Part shown: in pieces, positions 47,826 to 56,216 of the stretch
How positions within the stretch are numbered: position 1 is the stretch's first letter
Layout: each line of letters starts with the position of its first letter
Assembly: GCA_037200445.1 (NCBI GenBank)
Contig: JBBCGH010000001.1
Location: forward strand, 4,335,162 to 4,399,161
Origin: Alphaproteobacteria bacterium
GTDB lineage: Bacteria > Pseudomonadota > Alphaproteobacteria > Rhizobiales > Xanthobacteraceae
Reading direction: 5' to 3'
DNA: 64,000 nucleotides
Notes under the pieces: generated by a model
What the model was told of the DNA's origin: nothing
What the model saw: the letters and a program-made list of their open reading frames with translations, nothing else
The model's database searches: none
Translations under genes and position numbers: made by a program

Positions 47826-47847
47826 GTGCGCCAAATACCTGAGTTGG

Positions 47848-50800
47848 ATGCCGAAACGCACTGATATATCGACGATTTTGATCATCGGCGCGGGCCCGAT
47901 CGTGATCGGTCAGGCCTGCGAGTTTGACTATTCGGGAACGCAGGCCTGCAAGGCGCTCAAGGCCGAGGGCTACCGGATCGTGCTGGTCAACTCCAATCCG
48001 GCCACGATCATGACCGATCCGGAGTTGGCGGACGCGACCTACATCGAGCCGATCACGCCCGAGATCGTCGCCCGCATCATCGAAAAGGAGCGCAACGTCG
48101 TCCCGGGCGGTTTCGCGCTGTTGCCGACCATGGGCGGACAGACCGCGCTTAACTGCGCGCTGTCGCTGCGCCGCATGGGGACGCTTGAGGAATTCGATGT
48201 CGAGATGATCGGCGCGACCGCCGACGCGATCGACAAGGCCGAGGACCGCGCGCTGTTCCGCGACGCGATGACCAGGATCGGGCTGGAGACCCCGCGCTCG
48301 AAGCTCGCGAACGCGTCCGAGCTCAAGCGGCAGGACCGCGACAGATACAAGCTCGAACGCGCGCACATCGAAGGGCGCGACGTGTCCGACACCCAGAAGC
48401 AGAAGATGCTCGCCGAATACGAACTCGCATGGCGCAAGGGCGAGCCCGAGCGGCGCGAGCGCTATCAGGACCGCGCGCTGATCGAGGCGCTGGAAGCGCT
48501 CGAGTACGTCGGGCTGCCGGCGATCATCCGCCCGTCTTTCACGCTTGGCGGTACCGGCGGCGGCATCGCCTATACCAAGGGAGAGTTCCTCGAGATCGTG
48601 GAGCGTGGGCTCGATGCCTCCCCGACGAACGAAGTGCTGATCGAGGAGAGCGTTCTCGGCTGGAAGGAATTCGAGATGGAGGTGGTCCGCGACAAGGCGG
48701 ACAACTGCATCATCATCTGCTCGATCGAGAATGTCGATCCGATGGGTGTGCACACTGGCGATTCGATCACCATCGCGCCGGCGCTGACCCTCACCGACAA
48801 GGAATACCAGATCATGCGCGACGCCTCGATCGCGGTGCTGCGCGAGATCGGGGTCGAGACCGGCGGCTCGAACGTGCAGTTCGCCGTCAACCCGGCGGAC
48901 GGGCGGCTCGTCATCATCGAGATGAACCCGCGCGTGTCACGCTCGTCCGCACTCGCCTCGAAGGCGACGGGCTTTCCCATCGCCAAGGTCGCCGCCAAGC
49001 TCGCGGTCGGCTACACGCTCGACGAGATCGCCAACGACATCACCGGCGGCGCGACACCCGCGAGCTTCGAGCCGACGATCGATTACGTCGTCACCAAGAT
49101 CCCGCGCTTTGCCTTCGAGAAATTTCCTGGCGCCGAGCCGACGCTGACCACCTCGATGAAGTCGGTCGGCGAGGCGATGGCGATCGGCCGCACCTTCCAG
49201 GAGTCGCTGCAGAAGGCGCTGCGCTCGCTCGAAACCGGCCTCACCGGCCTTGACGAGATCGCGATCGACGGACTTGGCCAAGGCGACGACAAGAACGTGA
49301 TCCGCGCGGCGCTCAGCACGCCGACGCCCGACCGGCTCCTCAACGTCGCGCAGGCGATGCGGCTCGGTTTCTCGGACGAAGACATCTTCACTGCTTGCAA
49401 GATCGATCGGTGGTTCCTCGCGCAGATCCGCGGCATCGTCGAGACTGAAGCGCAGATACAGGCCAAAGGGCTGCCGACGACCGCCGGCGCGTTCCGGCGG
49501 CTCAAGGCGATGGGATTTTCGGACGCGCGCCTTGCCGTGCTGACCAAGCACACCGAGGCGCATGTGACGGTGGCGCGCCGTGCGCTCAACGTGCGGCCGG
49601 TGTTCAAGCGCATCGACACCTGTGCGGCCGAGTTCGCTTCGCCGACAGCCTACATGTACTCGACCTATGAGGCGCCGTTCGCAGGCGCGGTCGCGAACGA
49701 GGCCCGGCCGTCCGACAAGAAGAAAGTCATCATCCTCGGCGGCGGACCGAACCGCATCGGCCAGGGGATCGAGTTCGACTACTGCTGCTGCCACGCCTGC
49801 TTCGCGCTGCACGAGGCCGGCTACGAGAGCATCATGGTCAACTGCAATCCCGAAACGGTTTCGACCGACTACGACACCTCGGATCGCTTGTACTTCGAGC
49901 CGCTGACTCCGGAGGACGTGCTCGAAATCATCGATACGGAACGAAGCAACGGCACGCTCCATGGCGTGATCGTGCAGTTCGGCGGACAGACGCCGCTCAA
50001 GCTCGCCGAGCCTTTGGAAAAGGCCGACGCTCCGATCCTCGGCACCTCGCCCGACGCAATCGATCTCGCCGAGGACCGCAATCGCTTCAAGCTGCTGCTC
50101 GACCGGCTCAAGCTGCGGCAGCCCGAGAACGGCATCGCCTACTCGGTCGAACAGGCGCGGCTTATCGCCGCCGACCTCGGCTATCCATTCGTCGTGCGTC
50201 CCTCCTACGTGCTGGGCGGACGCGCGATGCAGATCATTCGCGAGGAGAGTCAGCTCGGCGACTATCTGCTTGGTACGCTGCCCGAGCTCGTGCCGCACGA
50301 CGTCAAGGCGCGCTATCCGAATGACAAGACCGGGCAGATCAACACGGTGCTCGGCAAGAACCCGCTGTTGTTCGACCGCTATCTCGCCGACGCGATCGAA
50401 GTCGACGTCGACTGCCTGGCCGACGGCAAGGACACCTTCATCGCCGGTATCATGGAGCACATCGAGGAGGCCGGGATTCATTCCGGCGACTCGGCCTGCT
50501 CCCTGCCCCCGCATTCGCTTGACGCAAAGACCATCGCAGAGCTGGAGCGCCAGACGCGCGCCCTTGCGCTTGCGCTCAATGTCGGCGGCCTGATGAACGT
50601 GCAGTATGCGATCAAGGACGGCGATATTTACGTGCTCGAAGTGAATCCGCGTGCATCGCGCACGGTGCCCTTCGTCGCCAAGGTGATCGGGCTACCCGTC
50701 GCCAAGATCGCAGCCCGGATCATGGCGGGCGAAACGCTTGCGAGCCTCAATCTCAAGCCGCCGAAGTACCAGCATGTCGGCGTGAAGGAGGCCGTGTTCC

Positions 50801-51342
50801 CATTCGCCCGGTTCCCGGGTGTCGATACGGTGCTCGGCCCGGAGATGAAGTCGACGGGCGAGGTCATGGGCCTCGACCGCTCCTTCGACGTTGCTTTCGC
50901 GAAAAGTCAGATCGGCGGCGGCACGAACCTGCCGCGCGCCGGAACCGTGTTCGTGTCGATGCGCGACAGCGACAAGCCGCGCATCGTCGAAGCCGTCAAA
51001 TTATTGGAAAAGCTCGGTTTCAAGGTGATCGCCACCGGCGGAACGCAGCGCTATCTGAGCCAGAGCGGCATTACCTCGGAGAAGATCAACAAGGTCCTGG
51101 AAGGACGCCCGCACATCGTCGATCGCATCAAGAACGGGGGTGTCCAGCTCGTATTCAACACCACGGATGGGGTGACCGCCCTGACCGACAGCCGGTCGCT
51201 GCGTCGGGCTGCCCTCTTGCATAAAGTCCCCTACTACACCACTCTTGCGGGAGCCGTCGCTGCGGCGCAGGGGGTCAAGGCTCATCTCGAGGGCGATCTC
51301 CAGGTTCGCGCGTTACAGAGCTACTTCGGCGGCAAGGCCTGA
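47848..51342 (+). CDS. carB: Carbamoyl-phosphate synthase large subunit
   Basis: [33 protein letters not shown] start. Duplicated ATP-grasp halves. 1164 aa. Confidence 0.95.
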   Translation: MPKRTDISTILIIGAGPIVIGQACEFDYSGTQACKALKAEGYRIVLVNSNPATIMTDPELADATYIEPITPEIVARIIEKERNVVPGGFALLPTMGGQTALNCALSLRRMGTLEEFDVEMIGATADAIDKAEDRALFRDAMTRIGLETPRSKLANASELKRQDRDRYKLERAHIEGRDVSDTQKQKMLAEYELAWRKGEPERRERYQDRALIEALEALEYVGLPAIIRPSFTLGGTGGGIAYTKGEFLEIVERGLDASPTNEVLIEESVLGWKEFEMEVVRDKADNCIIICSIENVDPMGVHTGDSITIAPALTLTDKEYQIMRDASIAVLREIGVETGGSNVQFAVNPADGRLVIIEMNPRVSRSSALASKATGFPIAKVAAKLAVGYTLDEIANDITGGATPASFEPTIDYVVTKIPRFAFEKFPGAEPTLTTSMKSVGEAMAIGRTFQESLQKALRSLETGLTGLDEIAIDGLGQGDDKNVIRAALSTPTPDRLLNVAQAMRLGFSDEDIFTACKIDRWFLAQIRGIVETEAQIQAKGLPTTAGAFRRLKAMGFSDARLAVLTKHTEAHVTVARRALNVRPVFKRIDTCAAEFASPTAYMYSTYEAPFAGAVANEARPSDKKKVIILGGGPNRIGQGIEFDYCCCHACFALHEAGYESIMVNCNPETVSTDYDTSDRLYFEPLTPEDVLEIIDTERSNGTLHGVIVQFGGQTPLKLAEPLEKADAPILGTSPDAIDLAEDRNRFKLLLDRLKLRQPENGIAYSVEQARLIAADLGYPFVVRPSYVLGGRAMQIIREESQLGDYLLGTLPELVPHDVKARYPNDKTGQINTVLGKNPLLFDRYLADAIEVDVDCLADGKDTFIAGIMEHIEEAGIHSGDSACSLPPHSLDAKTIAELERQTRALALALNVGGLMNVQYAIKDGDIYVLEVNPRASRTVPFVAKVIGLPVAKIAARIMAGETLASLNLKPPKYQHVGVKEAVFPFARFPGVDTVLGPEMKSTGEVMGLDRSFDVAFAKSQIGGGTNLPRAGTVFVSMRDSDKPRIVEAVKLLEKLGFKVIATGGTQRYLSQSGITSEKINKVLEGRPHIVDRIKNGGVQLVFNTTDGVTALTDSRSLRRAALLHKVPYYTTLAGAVAAAQGVKAHLEGDLQVRALQSYFGGKA

Positions 51343-51361
51343 TGGCGGGCCTGCTGCCGCA

Positions 51362-51406
51362 AGCATGATCCCCGATATTGAACCGGTCTTCGGACAAGAT
51401 CATGCT
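51362..51406. repeat. Copy 4 (diverged) of the roughly 48-nt nested-palindrome repeat
   Basis: agcatgatccccgatattgaaccggtcttcggacaagatcatgct, 20 nt after the carB stop. Followed by the shared tail caa(c)aaaagctagg. Confidence 0.7.
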
Positions 51407-51471
51407 CAACAAAAGCTAGGCCTAAGGCTCGGCGAGCTGACGGTCTGGGACGGTAAAGAGTTTGGACAGGT

Positions 51472-51515
51472 CTGCGGTCGCGTGGCGATATCCGGCACGC
51501 GATCGGAGTTTTTTT
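51472..51515 (+). terminator. Intrinsic terminator / leader attenuator between carB and greA
   Basis: 13-bp stem ctgcggtcgcgtg / cacgcgatcggag (1 mismatch, 1 G-U), an 11-nt loop, then ttttttt at 51509-51515. It ends 25 nt before the greA ATG. Confidence 0.55.
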
Positions 51516-51540
51516 GTGAGGTTGGAGGCAACCTGGAGCG

Positions 51541-52014
51541 ATGGAAAAGATCCCGATGACCGCTGCCGGCTATTCGGTGCTGGAAACGGAGTTGAAGCAC
51601 CGTCAGCAGGTCGAGCGGCCGCGCATCATTCAGCAGATCACCGAGGCGCGCACGCACGGCGATCTTTCGGAGAACGCCGAGTATCACGCCGCCAAGGAGT
51701 CGCAGTCGCATAACGAGGGCCGCATTGCAGAGCTCGAGGACAAGCTCGCGCGCGCCGAGGTCATCGACGTGTCGAAGCTGTCGGGCGAGACCATCAAGTT
51801 CGGCGCGACCGTCACGTTGATCGACGAAGACACCGACAAGAAGCAGGTGTGGCAGATCGTCGGCGAGCCGGAAGCGGACGCCAAGGCTGGCCGCATCTCG
51901 ATCACCTCACCGCTGGCGCGCGCGCTGATCGGCAAGACCAAGGGCGTCTCGGTCGAGGTTGTCACGCCGAGCGGCGCGAAGGGCTACGAGGTGAAGAAGG
52001 TCGAGTGGCGATAA
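51541..52014 (+). CDS. greA: Transcription elongation factor GreA
   Basis: [53 protein letters not shown] is canonical GreA. Confidence 0.95.
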   Translation: MEKIPMTAAGYSVLETELKHRQQVERPRIIQQITEARTHGDLSENAEYHAAKESQSHNEGRIAELEDKLARAEVIDVSKLSGETIKFGATVTLIDEDTDKKQVWQIVGEPEADAKAGRISITSPLARALIGKTKGVSVEVVTPSGAKGYEVKKVEWR

Positions 52015-52023
52015 GGCCGCCTC

Positions 52024-52110
52024 GTCATCGCCCGCGCAGGCGGGCGATCCAGCAATCGCAAATCTCGAATGTTGGTGTGCACTGGATGTCCCGCCTTTGC
52101 GGCGCATGAC
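52024..52110 (+). repeat. Structured roughly 90-nt repeat, copy B
   Basis: gtcatcgcccgcgcaggcgggcgatccag ... tggatgtcccgcctttgcggcgcatgac. Fills the gap between the convergent greA and lrp genes. Confidence 0.75.
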
Positions 52111-52118
52111 ACCGCGAG

Positions 52119-52595
52119 CTACTCCCTCCGCAACTCCAGTGGCACCATCGGCGCGTCCTTCGAATTGCGCAGCGTGAGCGAGGTCTTCACGTTGCGCACC
52201 GCGGGCGCTGCGGTCAGTTCGGCCACGAAGGCCTGGAACGCCGTCAGGTTCGGCGCGACGCACTTGAGGATGAAGTCGATCTCGCCGGAGAGCATCCAGC
52301 ATTCGCGCACCATCGGCTGCGCGCGCACGAAGGTCTCGAACGCCGCAAGATCGGCCTCGGCCTGGCTCGACAGGTGCACCATGGCAAACACCGTCACCTC
52401 GAAACCCAACAGCTTTTCGTCGAGCAGGCCGCGATAGCCCTTGATGAAGCCGGCTTCCTCCAGCGCCCGCACCCGCCGCAGGCAGGGGGGTGCCGAGATG
52501 CCGACCCGGCGCGCCAGTTCCACATTGGTCATGCGCCCGTCGTCCTGAAGCTCTTTCAGGATTTTCCAGTCGATGGCATCGAGGCGGGCGGACAA
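52119..52595 (-). CDS. lrp: Lrp/AsnC-family transcriptional regulator
   Basis: TTG start with GGGAG upstream. LDAIDWKILKELQDDGRMTNVELARRVGISAPPCLRRVRALEEAGFI. Confidence 0.85.
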   Translation of the reverse strand: MSARLDAIDWKILKELQDDGRMTNVELARRVGISAPPCLRRVRALEEAGFIKGYRGLLDEKLLGFEVTVFAMVHLSSQAEADLAAFETFVRAQPMVRECWMLSGEIDFILKCVAPNLTAFQAFVAELTAAPAVRNVKTSLTLRNSKDAPMVPLELRRE

Positions 52596-52843
52596 CGGGC
52601 AACTCCCAGGCGATTCCGGCCCTCATTAGCCTGAAAGCCGCGGGCACGAAAGAATATTGCGCGAAACCCCTGGGCCCGGCTCGTTATCCGCATCTAATTA
52701 CCGGAGCTTAGTTGCGGTGGGTTGCGAAACTTGCATGGCTGGCCCGAACCCTTACATTTGGGGCGAAACACGACTCGACCGGCAAAGGGGCACGACCGCA
52801 CCAAGAGCGGCTCCGCAGCGCCGTCCGGCCAGGAGCCCCCTGA

Positions 52844-53809
52844 ATGTCCAAAGTCACCCACGCCAAGCTGATCATCATCGGCTCGGGTCCCGCCGGTTGC
52901 ACTGCGGCAATCTATGCGGCGCGCGCGATGCTGGAGCCGGTGATGATCCGCGGCGTGCAGGCCGGCGGCCAGCTCACCATCACCACCGACGTCGAGAACT
53001 ACCCTGGCTTCGCCGAGGTCATCCAGGGTCCCTGGCTCATGGAGCAGATGGAGAAGCAGGCCGCGCATGTCGGCACGAGGCTTGTCGCCGACCAGGTCGT
53101 CAGGCTCGACCTCTCGCAGCGGCCGTTCCGGCTCGAATGCGACTCGGGCGATGTCTATCTCGCCGACGCGATCGTGCTCGCGACCGGCGCGCAGGCGCGC
53201 TGGCTCGATCTCCCGAGCGAACAGAAATTCAAGGGCTACGGCGTCTCGGCCTGCGCGACCTGCGACGGCTTCTTCTATCGCGGCAAGAACGTCATCGTGG
53301 TCGGCGGCGGCAACACCGCGGTCGAGGAAGCGCTGTTCCTCACCAATTTTGCCGCGCACGTGACCGTCGTCCACCGCCGCGATCATTTCCGTGCCGAGAA
53401 GATTCTGCAGGACCGGCTGTTCAAGAATCCGAAGATCTCGGTGATCTGGGACAGCGTGCTGCATGACGTCACCGGCGACGACAATCCGCTCAAGGTGAAA
53501 AGCGTGGCGCTGAAGAATGTGAAGAGCGGCGTCATCAGCGAGAAGCAGGCCGACGGTGTGTTCATCGCGATCGGCCACTCGCCCGCAACCGAACTGGTGC
53601 AGGGACAGCTCGAGATGAAGCCGTCGGGCTACGTGAAGGTCGCGCCGTTCTCGACCGCGACGTCGGTGCCCGGCGTGTTCGCGGCCGGCGACGTCACCGA
53701 CGATATCTATCGCCAGGCGGTCACCGCCGCCGGCTTGGGATGCATGGCGGCGCTGGAGGCCGAGCGCTTTCTCGCCGCACAGGAAGAGCGCCGCGACGCG
53801 GCGGAATAA
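52844..53809 (+). CDS. trxB: Thioredoxin-disulfide reductase
   Basis: GSGPAGCTAAIYAARA, redox CATCDG, and GGGNTAVEEALFL. Confidence 0.95.
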   Translation: MSKVTHAKLIIIGSGPAGCTAAIYAARAMLEPVMIRGVQAGGQLTITTDVENYPGFAEVIQGPWLMEQMEKQAAHVGTRLVADQVVRLDLSQRPFRLECDSGDVYLADAIVLATGAQARWLDLPSEQKFKGYGVSACATCDGFFYRGKNVIVVGGGNTAVEEALFLTNFAAHVTVVHRRDHFRAEKILQDRLFKNPKISVIWDSVLHDVTGDDNPLKVKSVALKNVKSGVISEKQADGVFIAIGHSPATELVQGQLEMKPSGYVKVAPFSTATSVPGVFAAGDVTDDIYRQAVTAAGLGCMAALEAERFLAAQEERRDAAE

Positions 53810-53851
53810 AGGAGCCCGCAAATCAAGCGGGACCCGAGGGACAGCTGGATT

Positions 53852-54742
53852 ATGGACTGGGACAAGCTGAAAGTGTTTCACGCCGCCGCGGAGGCCGGCA
53901 GCTTCACCCATGCGGGTGAGCAGCTCGGGCTCTCGCAGTCGGCGGTGTCGCGTCAGGTGAGCGCGCTGGAGCAGGAACTCTCGGCGCCGCTGTTTCATCG
54001 GCATGCGCGCGGGCTGATCCTCACCGAGCAGGGTGAGTTGCTCTATCGCACGGCGCACGACGTGTTCATGAAGCTGGAAGCGGCGCGCACCAAGCTCACC
54101 GACAGCCGCGAGAAGCCGCATGGCGAATTGAAGGTGCAGACCACCGTCGGCCTCGGCGTGCACTGGTTGACCCCGCGGCTCGGTGAATTTCTCGAGCTCT
54201 ATCCCGACATCCGCATCACGCTGATGACCACCGAGCAGGAGCTGGATCTCGCAATGCGCGAGGCCGACGTCGCGATCAGGCTGCGGCTGCCGACGCAGCC
54301 CGATCTGATCCAGCGCAAGCTCTTCACGATGCACTTTCACGCCTGCGCGTCGCCGGAATACCTGAAGCGCTTCGGCACGCCGCGCAGCCACGAGGAACTC
54401 GACAACCATCGCCTGCTGGTGCTGGGCGGATCGGTGCCAACTTACCTGCGCAGCTCCGGGTGGCTGATCGACGCAGGCCGCGACGGCAAGGGTCCGCGTA
54501 AGCCGTGGCTCACCATCAACAACATTCTTGGCCTGCTGCGCGCCTGTCAGCGCGGGCTCGGCGTCGCGATGCTGCCCGACTATCTTGTCGAAGAAAATGG
54601 CGGCCTTGTGCAGCTTTTCGGCGACATCGACGATTTCACATTCGACGCGTTCTTCGTCTATCCGGAAGAACTCAAATCAGTCGCGCGCATCCAGGTCTTC
54701 CGCGACTTTCTGGTCGCGAAAGCACAGCAGTGGAATTTCTAA
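53852..54742 (+). CDS. LysR-family transcriptional regulator (position equivalent to LsrB/VtlR of Rhizobiales)
   Basis: N-terminal wHTH FHAAAEAGSFTHAGEQLGLSQSAVSRQVSALE. Lies immediately downstream of trxB and upstream of the sRNA candidate. Confidence 0.8.
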   Translation: MDWDKLKVFHAAAEAGSFTHAGEQLGLSQSAVSRQVSALEQELSAPLFHRHARGLILTEQGELLYRTAHDVFMKLEAARTKLTDSREKPHGELKVQTTVGLGVHWLTPRLGEFLELYPDIRITLMTTEQELDLAMREADVAIRLRLPTQPDLIQRKLFTMHFHACASPEYLKRFGTPRSHEELDNHRLLVLGGSVPTYLRSSGWLIDAGRDGKGPRKPWLTINNILGLLRACQRGLGVAMLPDYLVEENGGLVQLFGDIDDFTFDAFFVYPEELKSVARIQVFRDFLVAKAQQWNF

Positions 54743-54814
54743 ACTGCGCGGCTGCATGGCTGACATGCGGCATCCCTCGTTGTTCGCGTGCGCGATGAGG
54801 CACATACTCTGGTT

Positions 54815-54945
54815 GCGCTGTAGGCACACGATCGTTGTTCCTCCCAGGTGACGATCGCGATGCAGCCAGCTGTTCCCCTCTGGAAGGTGATTGCCGATTT
54901 CGGTCGGCAAGACTGCAACCGGGCCCGCAAGGGCCCGGTTTTTTC
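54815..54945 (+). ncRNA. abcR: Candidate AbcR / alpha-r15-family sRNA
   Basis: Candidate promoter: TTGTTC (54780-85), 17 nt, CATACT (54803-08). Hairpin 1 is cgatcgt[tgttcctcccaggtg]acgatcg (54829-54857). Hairpin 2 is ccag[ctgttcccct]ctgg. Terminator is ccgggccc-gcaa-gggcccgg plus tttttt (54919-54944). No credible ORF. The 5' end is only estimated. Confidence 0.55.
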
Positions 54946-55000
54946 TTGAGGTGACTATTCGCGAGAAAATTCTTCGCGCCATTCTGCGCGCAACGAAACA

Positions 55001-55969
55001 TCACGCCCAGAGGCGCTCTTTCTCAAGGTCTCTGTAGAGGTGCGCGACGTATTCGGCATAGCCGTTGAAGAGCACGGTCGGCCGCCGCGTCTTGGTGCCG
55101 ATGTCCTCTTCGCTCGCCTGGCTCCAGCGCGGATGCGGCACATCCGGGTTCACGTTCGCCCAGAAGCCATACTCCGACGCCTGCAAGCCTTCCCAGAAGG
55201 TCTTCGGTCGCCTGTCGGTGAACTCGAAGCGCACGATCGACTTCACCGACTTGAAGCCGTACTTCCACGGCACCGCGAGGCGCAGCGGCGCGCCCATCTG
55301 CTTCAGCGCCGGCTTGCCGTACATGCCGGTGACCAGGAACGTCAGCTCGTTGCTGGCTTCCTCGATCGTCAATCCTTCGGTGTAGGGCCACGGATACCAG
55401 GTCTGCCGGAAGCCCGGCGCCGTGTTGTCCTGGAATGTGTACATGACGATGTACTTCGCCGATGAAGTCGGCTGCGCGAGCTTCATGAGCTCGCTCATCG
55501 GAAAGCCGCTCCACGGGATCGTCATCGACCACGCCTCGACGCAGCGATGGCGGTAGAGCCGCTCCTCGAGCGGCATCTTGCGGATCAGGTCGTCGATGCC
55601 GATCTCGAACGGTTTCTCCACCATACCGTCGATCTTCACCATCCACGGACGGATGCGCAGATTCTGCGCCGCCTTGGTCACGTTCTTGCTCGTGCCGAAT
55701 TCGTAGAAATTGTTGTAGCTGCCGTTGACCTCCTCCGGGGTGATCGGGCGATCGCCGATCCCATACTTCTCGTTGCGCTTGAGCGGATAGAGATCCTTGG
55801 TCGGATCGAGAATGTCGGTGACGCGCTGAGCGTTCGCGATCTCCGGGACCAGTGTCGCCGCCGCGAAGCCTGCGGCGGCATTCATGAAGCTGCGGCGGTT
55901 CAGGAACACGCCCTCCGGCGTCGCCTGACGCTCGGGGATTTCCCATCCCCGGCGATGGATCACATGCAT
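55001..55969 (-). CDS. msrP: Protein-methionine-sulfoxide reductase catalytic subunit MsrP (YedY)
   Basis: Start at MHVIHRRGW (rc of 55967-55969). Tat signal NRRSFMNAAAGFAAATL. Molybdopterin oxidoreductase core HRCVEAWSMTIPWSGF. Confidence 0.9.
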   Translation of the reverse strand: MHVIHRRGWEIPERQATPEGVFLNRRSFMNAAAGFAAATLVPEIANAQRVTDILDPTKDLYPLKRNEKYGIGDRPITPEEVNGSYNNFYEFGTSKNVTKAAQNLRIRPWMVKIDGMVEKPFEIGIDDLIRKMPLEERLYRHRCVEAWSMTIPWSGFPMSELMKLAQPTSSAKYIVMYTFQDNTAPGFRQTWYPWPYTEGLTIEEASNELTFLVTGMYGKPALKQMGAPLRLAVPWKYGFKSVKSIVRFEFTDRRPKTFWEGLQASEYGFWANVNPDVPHPRWSQASEEDIGTKTRRPTVLFNGYAEYVAHLYRDLEKERLWA

Positions 55970-56184
55970 TGAGGCATATCCTCTGGTGGTTCTTGCACCA
56001 GAGGTACGCGCGCCGCGGATCACCGGCAAGTCACGGCTCTGCGACGCGCACGTGTTCGTCCGGTCGGCGGCCTTTTCGTTTGAGCCTGATCTTGTCCGAC
56101 CTGCCTACGCCCGCCGAAACATTCGTCCACGAGATCGGACCGCGCAAGGCTTCGCGCAGGCGGGAAACCGGCTCCCATCGCATC

Positions 56185-56215
56185 AAGTGCGGGACAGGCT
56201 TTTTCGGGATCACGC
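56185..56215. repeat. Degenerate half-copy of the roughly 48-nt palindrome repeat
   Basis: aagtgcgggacaggctttttcgggatcacgc compares with the reverse-complement consensus ...ccggtacccacttttcgggatcatgctc. Only the 3' half is convincing. Confidence 0.3.
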
Positions 56216-56216
56216 T

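Noticed and set aside
47491-48753. Upstream 420 codons of the 738-aa ORF 46537..48753
   Set aside because: This part is antisense to carB and has no membrane or other domain features. The YihY-like protein starts at 47490, or at most 47667.
54672-55004. 110-aa minus-strand ORF downstream of msrP as a possible msrQ or small protein
   Set aside because: It has no hydrophobic segments or haem-ligand His pattern, and its composition is Arg/Pro/Ser-rich. It overlaps the better-supported sRNA/terminator structure on the other strand.
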